This document shows, in pieces, positions 50,951 to 63,249 of a stretch of 64,000 nt of DNA. The DNA is taken from assembly GCA_036172245.1 (NCBI GenBank), contig JAYWIR010000025.1, forward strand, positions 62,001-126,000. The letters are read 5' to 3'. The DNA comes from Raillietiella orientalis (taxonomy: Eukaryota). The translations under genes were made by a program, and so were the position numbers. The notes under the pieces were generated by a model that was given only the letters and a program-made list of their open reading frames with translations, had not been told where the DNA came from and did no database searches. How positions within the stretch are numbered: the first letter of the stretch is position 1; each line of letters begins with the position of its first letter.

Positions 50951-51799
50951 GTGCGGTCCTCAATATCAGTTTCGCAAGCCTCTCGTGATTTCTAGTTGCC
51001 ATGTACGAATGCATCTTTGGTACTTATATTAGCAGCGATTATTCACTGCTATAAATGCTTGATTAATTATGATTAATAATTATTTCAAGGATTCAATAGC
51101 GTGATTCATCGATGTATGAGCATGTTTTTTGAAGAATGCGAAATGTAACTCGGAAATACATGATACTAAAAAATGAGGTCAGACAGAATCATCAGTACAC
51201 AGAAATGTCATCGAAGAATTGAAGAATTGGGAATTCTCCTCAAATATTTCTGCCTCGTACGAGCGACGCGGTGCCGTTTGGAGTCACTCCGTAAAGACAG
51301 GAATCCCATAGAAGTTTCATTCTGAGACCAAAATTCAGGACCAAATGAACGCTGACGTCTGAAGATTCAGGAATGACGCAGTTTCCTGGAAATCAGGAAG
51401 CCTGCTCAGAACAAAAGTGCGGCTTCTCCTTCCAGGAAAGCGTAGGTTGTGCGATTAAGAAAGATCCGGCCACGAAGCCGTGTTTGACCGATGCATCTGT
51501 TTGTACACAAAATAAACCTTTTCGTCGCTCAGTATCACCCATTTTCAGTAAGGTTTTTACTTTGAACTGCTTTCCAGTAGGCACTATCGGTAACAGTCTT
51601 CGTTAAATGTAGATGGGAAGGAAATATTGAGACTCGCTATTATTCAAAGGAATGAGCACGTGATAAACAGCAGGAACAATGCGCAGTGGTATTAGGGAAG
51701 CATCTGATGAGGTCAAACTGAACGTGCATCTCTAAGACTCCTTTCTAATGGGGACATGTTTCCCAGAGTCAGATAACCCGGCTTTCCAAGACTCCCTAA

Positions 51800-52640
51800 T
51801 CCTACAGACACGTTCGCCAAATTTTGCATAAGCCTCATGTTTCTGAGCCATCAACTCACTATCTTTGCCACAGATGTCTCACTCTCCTGAGACTAAGCTT
51901 TTGCTATTCCACAATAAGCCTTGAGTAATTTATGACATTAAGAGTTTGACGCAAAATATTTGCAAAAAGCTCTGTGCATCTGAAAATGTCTTACTTTTGT
52001 GGAAGAAGAATCTTTGCCTCTTTCGTCTCGATGAGTGATTCATGCAGCCATCGCAACAAGCGTGCTTAATGATCATCATGAAAAACATTCAAAAGAAGGT
52101 GCTGATTTTTTTTTTTTTTTCATTGTAGCTTATTGATAATGACTGACTGCTATCAGTGACTCCAGGGATTGAGGAACTGTTTCAATAAGAGGACGACTGA
52201 ATACTCCAGGAGTTGAAACTACGAAAGCGTGATGCACATCCACACAATGATGAAGACGTGAGCTAAACGTTGAACTTTGCAAATTGGGATCGCCTCGGTA
52301 TCCAAGGAGAATGCTGAACACAGTGGACCACCATACTTGGTTGTGTGACCAAGAAAGTTTTCTCAAGAGCATGTGGTACCTTGAAACCAATGGGCTCAGT
52401 GGCTACATAGCAGGAGAAAGCGTGCGCAATTCGAGCGCCCACTCTGGTGGTAATCTGCATACTCTGAACATCACCTCGCTAGCTAAAGAGTCATCATGGC
52501 TTGAGGCTAAAAGACGGAAACCGAAACGACCAAAAAGCGTGGTTTGTGTCGCTCCACTTCCTCTGCATCCTTCAGGGTCTTTAGAACTCTGTATATTGCA
52601 AGTGCAGCCGATGGCACATTCGCTTTCACTTTTATTCATA
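51800..52640 (-). pseudogene. Class B1 GPCR-like relic (TM2-TM3)
   Basis: After ttcag: SMQITTRV..IAHAFSCYV (TM2-like); NQVWWSTVFSILLGY and LHHCVDVHHAF (TM3-like). Confidence 0.35.
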
Positions 52641-52853
52641 TTCTACAACTGTGAAAAGACTAATGATGGTGTAATAAAGCGACCACAGTGCAGTCATATT
52701 AAAAATCCGTCCACGTTCACTGCAATTTATGAAAATTATAGTCCACCAGTAGCTGAATCGGCTAAATCAGAAACAGTGATACACGGGAAATAGGGAGACG
52801 CACGCGCATTCATCGGCAGTCAGTTTGAGCGCACCCTGGCTTGTTAGGCTCAA

Positions 52854-53048
52854 ATGCCAAGGGTTCCACATTTGTTCCACGGGAAGAAACGATTTGAGGG
52901 AGGATGTGGCAAGACATTCCATCCTGATTTTCAGGGAAAACCAAGGGCGAAAGAGATGTCGTGCTGGGACGCGGGGCTTCAAGCCATAGGAGAGGGACAC
53001 TCGAAAATCACCGCAGAGCTGCTTTGTGGCTTCAGCAGTGCGACTTAA
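52854..53048 (+). pseudogene. Class B1 GPCR hormone-binding domain-like fragment
   Basis: GGCGKTF...MSCWDAG resembles yC.rTfDg..CW.t.aG. Confidence 0.3.
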
Positions 53049-54597
53049 ATGCATTCTGATTATGCGAGGCATAAGGATTTTTGGTAATGCACTCATAAAG
53101 CCACATCTCGTTTCTCTTGGTCCTCGAGGAGGCTCTCCGGGAGCAAACAACCAAATTAAGATCTTCCTTATTCTCTTTCGTCGAAATACCAACTCTTCCT
53201 TTCGAGTTTCGTTTACCTTTCTTATCTTTCTGATGAGGAAGGGCACTCGGACTTAACACTCAAGTCTGTTTTTGTTATCGTGTGTCCTCACATTTTCCTG
53301 TGAAACCATGGATACATTTTAACATCTGAGGTCCCCGCATTCATGAAGATAGACGTGACGAAATGGTTCCATCCCAAATGCGCTTGGCTTTCTTTAAACT
53401 CAAGAACTTTATTAGTACCGCAATTTACTGTAAAAGGAGTCCATCCATCCATTCATTTGTCTACTCCACGGTGGCTCTGCTCGCTTTTTTGTGGTCACAG
53501 CGCAACACACTCGAAAGGGGTCCAGCTCTTTTCCTTTTACCTCTGTGCCTGTATTAAGACCTAAAGGACAGAATTATTTTTAGCTGCCGGCTTCACAGGA
53601 TTTCTGCAAAATGTCCTTTCCTAGTAAGACATTCATTTGCAAAAGAGAAAAGCTTGCTGCTTCTCAAAAGTCCAAGTTGATGAGCACAGAGTGCCTGGGG
53701 GCTAGGCCCCACTGCTCTTTGTTTTTAGCTTTCAGTGCATTCCATTCAACTGTTGATTTCGGCTTCCCATTGTCACTGTTTCTTTTCTGCAGCCATTAGC
53801 GCCTCCTTTCTCTCTTCTTTGAGCGGCTCCTGCTGCAGTGGAGCCTCTGCCAGAGAGGTCCCGGGAAACCTCTCGTGCCTTCTCGTTTCGATTGAATCTC
53901 CCTTCACTCTCAACCGACAAACCGCTTAGTAACCTCATCCAACCCATGCTAACGCACCATCACTGGTTTCTTCGCAGCTCCATCTGAAGGTCCGATCTCT
54001 CTGCCATAAATCGCTCCATCTGTTAGCGTTTGTTTGCATTATCTCATATCTCTTCATCTGTACAGAGTAGTTCTGCTCCGCTAATGCGTTCTAGTACTGA
54101 GTTCATCGTTTCCCGTTCACTGATGCTATGAGGCTCATCGGCTGCACTCCTCTCATCAATCCCCAGCCACTACCGTTGATGGTACCTCAGGCTTCTTCAT
54201 AGGTGGGATCCGGAGACATTCTGCCGTGCATCCAGCCGACGAAAAAATGCCTCGTCTATCACCTCTCTCCATTTTTCCGATCACAGTTTAATCTCACTTC
54301 TTGTTGCTATTCCTAACCTGTTTCGAAGCTCCGGGGGCATTTGCTCATCATCCTGCAATGGAGCAGCAGCCATCACCGCATTCTCATCTTTGATGTGTCC
54401 CACTTTCTCCCCATTCCGATGCGCACTCGTTGTTCCCGTTCTTTCTCGAGCACGCAAGATGGAGTCCTCCGGGAACAAAACACCCTCTCTTCGTGTGTAC
54501 GACTCCCTAACCCTCAGAACCATATTTGTCACTTCCTGGGTGAATTTTCGTTCCTGGGCGCAGCAGGAGCAAAGGAAAGAAGAGGCAAGCTTTGTAC

Positions 54598-55540
54598 GCC
54601 CGCGTCGGAGGCTTTGTGGTTAAGGCTTCCGCGCGTGACATTATGCGTCGCGGAATCGAATACTCCGTCAAAAACTGACGCCACTGAGTCCTTGGGTTCC
54701 GAGTTTCTCCTGCAATGGCGCTGGCTGGCCGAAACATTCGGGCGTGGCACCGGTAGCGATTAAGACCGGAGGCCCCCGATAAAAGCCGTAACAATGGGAG
54801 TCGAACTTCAGGTCCTTCCAGGAATAAAGGAGTGGGGAGTTCCCCCTCCTGTCGTGCAATGGAGAGCAAACTCCCCTATACTGGGGGGACCCCTCCGGTT
54901 TCAAGATGGAGCAGGAGTCTTCGCAGGCATCTCTCCAGTTGTTTAAAGGAGCGGACCCTCCCTGTTGCGGGGGGGACCCTCAGAGTCGTCGCCTCTTCAC
55001 AGAGTGCAAGGAAGCAAGAGAGAGTGATTCCCCTGCGGGTGGCTGCAGCTCCCCATCTGAGTTTCGGAAGCGTCCCTTCTGGGTTCTCTTCAGAGGAGTG
55101 AACAGGAGCGGCCCTTGCGGGTTCCCTCCGGAAAAGAAATTTCTACTAGCGGATTCTTTCCGGGTTCCCTTCGGAGAAGATGAAATGGAGAGGACCCTCC
55201 CCCTCCCGGGGGTATCCCTCAGGAGAGAATGAGGAAGGAGATTCGGAGTTCCCCTTCGGAGAGGACCAGGGTGGGAAGTGCGATTCCATCCCTCCGGGGG
55301 GATCCCTCCCCAAGCGTGAGAGGAACGGACTCCGAGCCCTTCCTGGATTCACAGGGCGGACCCATCCCGGGGTGTCCCCTATGCTGACGAATTACACTGA
55401 AGAATTACACACACCCCTGTGAACTGCCACAGGTGGAGTGGCGTGGAAACAAAACAGTGTTTAAGAGCCACATGCACCGCGAGGCATGCGACCGCCTCTT
55501 GAGGTACTTAGCGAACCAAAAAAAGGAAAGAAGGAGGCGT
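54598..55540 (+). mobile_element. Most complete copy of the tRNA-headed SINE-like repeat
   Basis: Head gcgtcggaggctttgtggtt with degenerate B-box ggaatcgaatact; full body with subrepeats; tail to gaaccaaaaaaagg. Confidence 0.8.
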
Positions 55541-55929
55541 CCAAGGTGCTCCCTTCCTCCGACCCGACCCTGAACGCTTCCAAATGGAAAGGTACTTCTG
55601 CGAAAGAAACGGTTAGTTGGTGTGCAAAGGAAACTCGCGAGGGAAAGCAAACGTAACCCGAGGACCTCCGTCCTTCGTTCCGCAGCAGAAGCCATGCCAG
55701 GAACTTGGTCTCCATTTTCTCTTTCTTCGATTCCTTATGGCCTTAACGAAACAGGAATGGGTCCTTCCCCTCCCCTTAGCTTATCGAAGTTCAGGTTTGG
55801 GGCTAAACTGACGAAAATCCGATCACTGTCACAGCAAACTCGGCGGGAGAGCCAAATTCGTCCAGCTGCTTCGTGTCACTTGGGTCTACTCCATCCTGCT
55901 GCTGTTCGCTGAGGCAGATGGACACTGGC

Positions 55930-56260
55930 AGGAAAGAGTTCCACCCATTCTCAGCATTCATCTCTGTGGTCAGGATTTCGATCTTCTCCGCTCCTCCTAT
56001 GGCCGATTCATGGCAAGAGACTCCGGTAGAGAGGTCTGCTGTCCCAGAATCGTTCAACCGCCACTCTGTCGGAGCTGTGCGACCGAACTTCCATCACTCG
56101 GTTTCATGTTCCCCATTGTGCTCCCTGGTCCTTTCCGTTTCCGGGATGTTTTCAGGCTTCCAAGGTGGGAAATTCTTCATCTGCATGCAGGCATCCGGAT
56201 TCAGGCATCATGGTGGAGACAACATCAATGGTATGGAAGACATTTGTGGATATTCATCGT
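55930..56260 (+). pseudogene. Class B1 GPCR-like relic (TM5-TM7)
   Basis: FISVVRI (TM5 end), GAVR / ELPSLGFMFP (TM6-like) and SGFQGGKFFIC (TM7-like), in order. Confidence 0.4.
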
Positions 56261-56298
56261 CGGACATAGAGAGAGGAGGTGGATATTTGTAAGTCACC

Positions 56299-56802
56299 TA
56301 CAGATCCACTCAATCCCAGCATACACTCCTGTAACGGGGATCCGTGTAACGCGACGGAAAAATGGTGACAGCATCCGTATAACGCGGTGGATGGACTCGT
56401 ACGATGTTGTGGATGAATTTCGATTTTTGCGGTAAAGTGGCGGTTCAACTGTGATTGGAAAGAACAGGAGAACGTGGCTGAAGTAGGCTGGATTCCATTT
56501 TGTTCAAATTTTTGCAAGGAACACAGCTCAAGACGATGAGTTTTCCAACCACTTGAATGATAGAGCGAAAACTATAGAATTGTTATGAACAAAACTCTAA
56601 AAGCTCTTTTTTTACTTTAGTTAAATGGCAAATGGGCACTTTTTCTTTTTTTGTTTTAAATTCAGGTGATGAGCACTCCACTGTCACATTCTAAAATGCA
56701 TTTTCTATCTTTTTTGGATACCATCACATAATGAACACACGACCTATAGAGCTCGTATAACGAGAAACCTATCCCCCGTGTTATACGGGGGCGTACTTTC
56801 TG
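56299..56802. mobile_element. MITE copy
   Basis: TA-CAG start; gtaacggggatccgtgtaacgcg near the left end and gttatacggggg near the right end; interior shared with the 21.8 and 60.4 kb copies. Confidence 0.7.
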
Positions 56803-57139
56803 TTCGTTTTTTTGTGTGTTATTTGAGATGCATTCTCAGACGATGTGGCATCGCGGCAGATGGCTGAGCTCTCGGGCTGGAGTCGCACAGAATGCCAGTT
56901 CTTGTTGCTCTTTCATCGAAGAAACATGTGGATCAGAAAATCATTTATGAGCACATCCTCGTTTCTTCACTTCCTTCATAAGTGCTACTTCCGCTCCTAA
57001 ATCCAGAGGAACAGAGGGACGAAATCAAATCCGGAATCCAATCTGAGATCCCGCTCTCCTACGAGCGAACCGAAAGCACGTCTCCTCAGCAAGGGTGATC
57101 TCCTAGAGAATAACCCTCTTGAAAAGGGTGTATCAATGG

Positions 57140-57400
57140 CACCATTTTAGCTTCTCAGGGTTCCCTCTATTTCCAATTGGATACTCCAGCTGGTGGAATG
57201 ATCAGACTGTCATCAAAGTATCTACGCTGCTGCACGTATACGAAAGAAAAAAATGCTCTTTCCACTCGACGGTGTTTCGAAAATTCCTGGACTCAAGGAG
57301 GCGACCCGTGGCTCGCCTTCCCAGAGATCAGCACCCGCCCCTTAGACAGCACGACCAAATCGAAGAGCAGTGCACTAAATCACATTGTAGTATGATTGCA
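57140..57400 (+). pseudogene. Class B1 GPCR hormone-binding domain relic
   Basis: DTPAGG...KYL..C...STRRCFENSW..DPW resembles calcitonin-receptor-family W.DTPAG....CP.Y...K.C...G.W...W. Confidence 0.5.
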
Positions 57401-57999
57401 TCTGACACTTTGATGAGATGAAAGGTTTAATTTTTCCTTTGTTCCCCTGAACTGAATACACAATGAACTCGAAGCCTCTACGTCTCCTCCTAGCGTTCCC
57501 ACGCCGCCCATAATGTGAGAGAAAGACAAGACCCCGTGCCCTCCGAGGGAGACACGGGCATGTAACCAATCTTTGAACGTCTCTCCTCCCGGGTGTCTGC
57601 TTTTGAATGGTTCTGTTTTGCGGGAGGAAGGCGGGCTTGTGGACTCGGAGGTCGAGACCTCGGCTGTTCCAGGTGCATTGCAGTAGGTGCTGGCAGCACA
57701 ACATGCATATTTTTGAATTGCATTCCCCTTTTCCTCCGACTTCTTAGACTCTCAGTGGGTGGGTGTCTTGTGTTTCCTGCTTCCTTTGGTCCACAGTATC
57801 ATATCTTTCGCCTTGTTTTTGACACGTTCTGTCTTGAATTTTCTTGAATTGAGTCCTCCGTAACCATCCTCCAGATGTCTCTTTGTTTTACTTTCTTCGG
57901 CAGGATTTCTCATTTGGTTTTAGGAGAGTTTGCGAGCGTTTATGCTGCAGATTGTGTGATCGAATCTTTGTTCGGTTTGCTTTCGAACGGTGGAGTAAG

Positions 58000-59950
58000 A
58001 TAACCGAGACCGAACTTCAGACACAAAGATTCTTTGGTTATTTAGTGCCTCCAAAAGTATGCTTTTTTTAACAGCAAATACATACAATAGAAGAAGGAAA
58101 GGATTTGAAAATGGCTATAGAAACGTGAAGGGAGTAAATTCATCGTAAGTACTCCACAGAGGACGTGCAGTGTGATAGAGGAGTTCATACTTATGGGAAA
58201 CCCAAGAGGATGAGAAATGTAGTAATATCGTGAGATGAGTGAAAAGATGAGGAAGGGAGAGGAATTCTACCAAGGTGATGTATTAAAAAGGTTAATCCGA
58301 CACCAGTCTTTCCCTGCATGCTCTGTGCTAAGACCTCAAGAAGAATAACTAAGAGTACAACTAGGAAAAAAAACATCACAGAATTATTATTATTTTTTTA
58401 ATTTGCAAGGGATGGCGCTAATCTGAACAAAGCCTAAGGTGCAGATGGTGATGCGAGCGACAGAGGATAAATTCATGATGACATTTTTAGTAGATGTCAA
58501 CAACACCCGAAAACGTGTCCGTCTGAAAATCCTGGCACTTGATGCAGCTACATCCTAGATCAGAGAAAAGCTCTGTATCAGGACAACTTCTAGTGGTGAC
58601 TCCATAACCATGAAGGGAAGATGATTCTATGGTCTAGAATATTGCCAGTTGCCGCCAATTCTCGGCTAAGGATGGATGCGCTATGAGAGAACATCCTTAA
58701 TTCAAAATTCTTGTTACATAACAGCGTCTGGTGGCTGGTGCTAGCAATTGGAGTGGAGCTTCTCCACCATCTGCTTGCCTCACTTCTTCTACCGAGCGAA
58801 TCCATTAAAAAGGGGGGCGTAGTCTGGTCGATTCTGTGCCCACAGTACACCTCTCGAATACTGTATGTTTGTTTGCACCATTCCTTATGATGTTTGGTAC
58901 TTTGGTGGAAGGTCGCCAGAGTTCCTGGCAAGTAGCCGTTTGCCGGACTTCATGATCCCTACAACAGTTTCCTCAGTTGTAGTCGGGACTCCCTTCGAGT
59001 TAAAGTCTTTGGCATTTGCTTCGCGTCTTGGGAAAGGGCTCGCTTTGGAAAAGGTTGTAAATACCAGCTCTCGGAGTATGACTGATCCTTCTCCTTGAAG
59101 CACGAAATCTGCAGCCCTGAGTCGACTTCTGAAATGAGTTGGTTGAAGGTGGCCTGTGTCCATTGTTCGGGAACAGCTCCTTGATCTGCTCCCCTACTCC
59201 ATCGTATCTGACCATCATGTGGTGTCTGGTGTCCAGTGCAGTGGTTTAAAATGCGACTCAGGGATTGCTACCGTGTTCTACATCTTCAGCACATTCGGTC
59301 ATCTCCATTCCTGGTGGATGACGCTCGCATAGGCGGGGGTTTCAATCAATCCGCATGCACGAATCCGTGATCCGCAAACCTCCTTTCTATAAGAAAAGTC
59401 CCAAGTCGCGAAGGTGTTTTACGCAAACTGTGGTCTTCTTATCTGGACGCTTTGAAGTCAAGGATTTTCATGCTTCTTGGTTCTGCATCCTGCTGAGGAT
59501 CGAATTGAGGTTGTACTCGAAAATTGATCATGAAAATCAAAAATGCGATGTCGTTTCGAAGAAGATCTCCATCGGTGCAAGAAGGAGCCAAATATCATCC
59601 AACATCATCTTCAACCTAGCAGTCATGCAATTGGAGTATGTTGTACTACCGAATTCCCGAATCAAAAGCAGTTTTTCGGGCTCCATTTGTCTACAACTGC
59701 TTCCCTTTTTTCTTTTTCTTTTTTTTCTTGTTGGAGTATTCGATTTTTTGTATTCTTTCTCATCGATCATTAAATAAGAAACAGTGAGCGATATCTCGCA
59801 GAAGCTCTCCATCTTCTAGAATATTTTAGAGACATCAGCCCTGGTGGTATTATGGTGCTGGCCTCTCCATAACTTTTGGTAATCGGCACTGCATGTGATC
59901 TAAAGCACTCACCAATGCGAAAGGATTTAGCTATTGCACGCCCTCCGCCC
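58000..59950 (-). pseudogene. Class B1 GPCR-like multi-exon relic
   Basis: In order: TTYSNC, LLLAPMEIFF (TM1), VIHQ and MMVRYDGV..ELFPNNG (TM2), SEASRWW, FFLVVLLVILLEVL (TM5), TTFLILLG (TM6). Confidence 0.4.
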
Positions 59951-60342
59951 ATATTAAGACTGGGTTATTTAAGGAAAGAGGCCGGCCTCACCTCAGTACG
60001 TGCTCTGTAGCCAAACTGAAGCACGTGCTCGGAATGAAGATTGCTCCCACTCAGCGGAGCTCACATCACTCTCCGTGGGGTTGGGTTGTGCGCCCAAGAG
60101 CAGAAAGAACCGCACGTTCCCACCGTGCTAAGAGAAACGTGCAGTATCGACCAACAAGAGATGTTCATAGGAAGAAACAGCGGAATACGAGAAGCGGAAG
60201 ACCGAGGTATGAGCTTAGGGCAGTTTCATCCACACTGCTTCCCCAAAAGATCCAACCATAAGGAACGTGTCTTCGAATTGGTGAGTTTATGCTACGGACG
60301 TTGATTCTAGCTAACAGCCAGCGAGGACCAAGTTAAGGGAGC

Positions 60343-60805
60343 TACAGAGGATCCACGTTTAACAGGGATGCGTATAACGCGACGAAAAAACAGGGACAGT
60401 TTCCTATAAGGCTGCGGGCGAATCAGTTCCGTAAGACGCGGTGGATACGTTTTAATTTGGCCTTAAAGAGGACGTTTTTGAAAAGGATAAGTGGATTGGA
60501 TTTTGTTTCATTCATATTCTTGCGAGCAATGCAGCGCAAGAAGGAGCATTTTTTAACAAAGAGAATGATAGAGGGGAAAGTATAGAATTGTTTGCATTCA
60601 TCAGATATCAAGAAAAACTTTCTTCTACTTCAGCCTAAATAATTAATAAACCCCTTTTTTTTTATTCTTTTTTTTTGTTTTAAAATGAAATAGCGGAAAT
60701 TTTACTGTCGCAATGTTTTAGGAAACATTTCATATCTTCTATATGACACTGTGTAACCCATAGGGCTCTTACAACGCGGAAAGTGATGCGTTATAGGAGA
60801 CCTGT
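60343..60805. mobile_element. MITE copy
   Basis: Starts TA-CAGAGGATCCACGTTTAAC and ends GCGTTATAGGAGACCTG; interior shared with the other two copies. Confidence 0.7.
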
Positions 60806-60849
60806 TGGATTTTTATATAATATAAAGACTTCCAAAGGATCCAAGAGTG

Positions 60850-63200
60850 GAAGGATGGAAGATATCATCCAATCTGTTACATGACTCTCGATTCCCCACG
60901 CCGATAAGATTCCCGTAGCGAATTCCGCAACCTTAAGCAAAGCGCACATAAGATCGAGTTTTCGATTCTGACGGGACTTGTGGGACACACCATCACTGGA
61001 TGCAGCCTCGCGGCATTCCTCACCTCGCGCGGCCACTAGCGCTTCAGGCACCTCGGTTCACCGGCGCTGCCCGATCCGCTTACAAAAGTGCGCGCGCCTC
61101 TCTGGGCCGGCCCGCCGCTACTTCCTCGCCGGTGGTTCTCTGCCGCGCGCGAGCCACGGTGGTCTCCGCAATGGAGGAAGAATTTCGCCACCGCCACCAT
61201 CCGGCGGAACCTCCAGGGGTTGCCACTGTCCGCATACGGAGGGCAACGGGGTGACAAAAGGTGAGATGTGGAACGCAAAAGGGTCTTCGGGCAGACTAGT
61301 CCGCATCCCGATACCTTTCCCTACGTAGATTGTCGCGACTGCTGATGAGCACCGTGAAACCGGTCCATCACAACTCCTATTCATTTACTTATTGACCTTC
61401 CCTCCACTTACCCTGAATTCAATCCTCAACGAGGTCATCCCTCCGGTTTCTGGACGCCACATGCCCTCTGTAACTCCGCAAGTATTCTATTGACTTCATT
61501 TCAGAAAGATACCAGAAAATCCAGGAGGAAAAGGTTGCGACTATGGAGGCTCGGCCCTACTGCTCCCCTCCCCAGGATGGGAAGATTTTCTTTCGGCCCT
61601 TCCCGTGCAAGCCGCTTCCGTCCTTCCTTCCTCTGCCCTACCAGAACACTGCGGCCACCTTCCTGGCAGTCCACCGGGTTTCCGAGGGAAAAAGGGACGC
61701 CTCCACGGGGATGAGGACACCTCCGGAGCGAGACGCATCGCGGGCACCCTTCCGCACCGCCCCAGGAGTGCGCCAGAGGCTCTCCGTGCTCATCACCATC
61801 TGCAGCGTCACCGCTGGCCCTCAGGGTCGGAGAGCAACAGCCCCCCTGGACGGCCCTCTCAGAAGGACGCCGACCTCTGCGACCACACTCCCCCTTGGCA
61901 ATCTCCTTCCCCCTAAGAGCAGGGGTGGTCTCCAAGGTTAGCGAGGAGGGCGCGCGTTCTCTACCCAGCCGAGCGCAATGCTCGGCTCCCTGCTGCGGCG
62001 ACGTGGCTCCCGATGGCCTCAGAAGCAGAGGACTCGGGGCAACCGCGGACGGACCAGTAACCTCCTCCCACTCCTTTCTCCCGTTGCTCTCTTGCGGAAG
62101 CCCTCGGAATTCGAGGCCGCCGCTCCGCACTGCACGGATTCCCTGCTCCTCCCCCTGAGCCATTTCCTCAGCCATTCTTTGGAGTAACTGATGCAGGACT
62201 CGACGAAGGATGGATCCTGGCCATCATACCACCTACTGCAGCGCGGTCTGCCCTCATCGCACACGAATACGGTTTCCCGCCGACGGGATCCGAGTTCCCC
62301 TACGCTACTGCAGGAAAGACGAAAATCCTTGGAGCTTGGAAGATGCGCGAGTTGGCGGATGCCGCCGCTCCACGCACCATGGCGAAGGGGCTGAGTCGGT
62401 GGAGCCGGCAGTGAAGTGTGCACCCCGGAGAACTCGTGGTCTGCCCTCCGTGATGGAACACCTCCGTGTTTCCTCGAAAGCGGAAGCGCGAAGTGCTGCT
62501 GCTGCTTCCGCATTGGGGCGTAGCCAGAGATGGTACCTCGTTTCCGGGGAAGCTGCATCCCCGAACTTCGACTGATGTGGGTCGGTGCAGTCGACCCCAC
62601 GCCCACTATCGCACTGCGGCTCCCCCCAAGAACTGTGATGATAGAAAAGCCTCACCTCGGAGCTCCGGCGATACGGGATCACCGCCCGGGACCTGCCGCG
62701 GCAGTTCTTCTCGCGTGGCGGACTCCCGGCTGGAGCAGCGGTCGCGGCGGTGTTGCGTCTGCGACACCGTTGCAGCCCGCAATGTGCTGGAGTCTCGGAC
62801 GCAGCAAAAAGAGGCCACCCGTATGACAGCCGCCAGCATGAGGACGGCTGCTGGGCCGCCTCACCTGCAAGAGCAAGTCAAAGAGGAGAGCGCTGGCTCT
62901 CTAAGGAAGGAACCAGGAGACACCATAACACCTATCTGTCCCCACCCAACCCTTATTTATTTTATATTCTTCCCTCTCAATCGCTGAGGCTCTTTCCTGG
63001 TTTTGTTTATCAGGAAGTAGCGACGCCAAAGACCCAACCCTTCCTTTATTTATTTATTGTTCTCATCCTCCCGTTCTCTATCTTAAGGGGTTCCGATCTG
63101 CGTGTCGGCGGATCCTTTCCTTGAACCTCTGTTGTCTCGGAATGCGGTTCTCAGCCTTTTTAGTTTCCTCTTATTAAATAAATGCCCTAGCGTGACCAAA
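60850..63200 (+). mobile_element. LINE relic: ORF1-like region joined to ORF2 C-terminus and 3' UTR
   Basis: ORF1-like EGNGVTKG..VRIP, CpG-rich tract, then EVLLLLPHWG, CSR..PHAH and a T-rich UTR ending aataaatgccctagcgtgacc. Confidence 0.5.
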
Positions 63201-63249
63201 TAGGAAATTCCCCTCCCTTCGCTCGCCCTCCCGCCCAGTTGTGTCTTCA

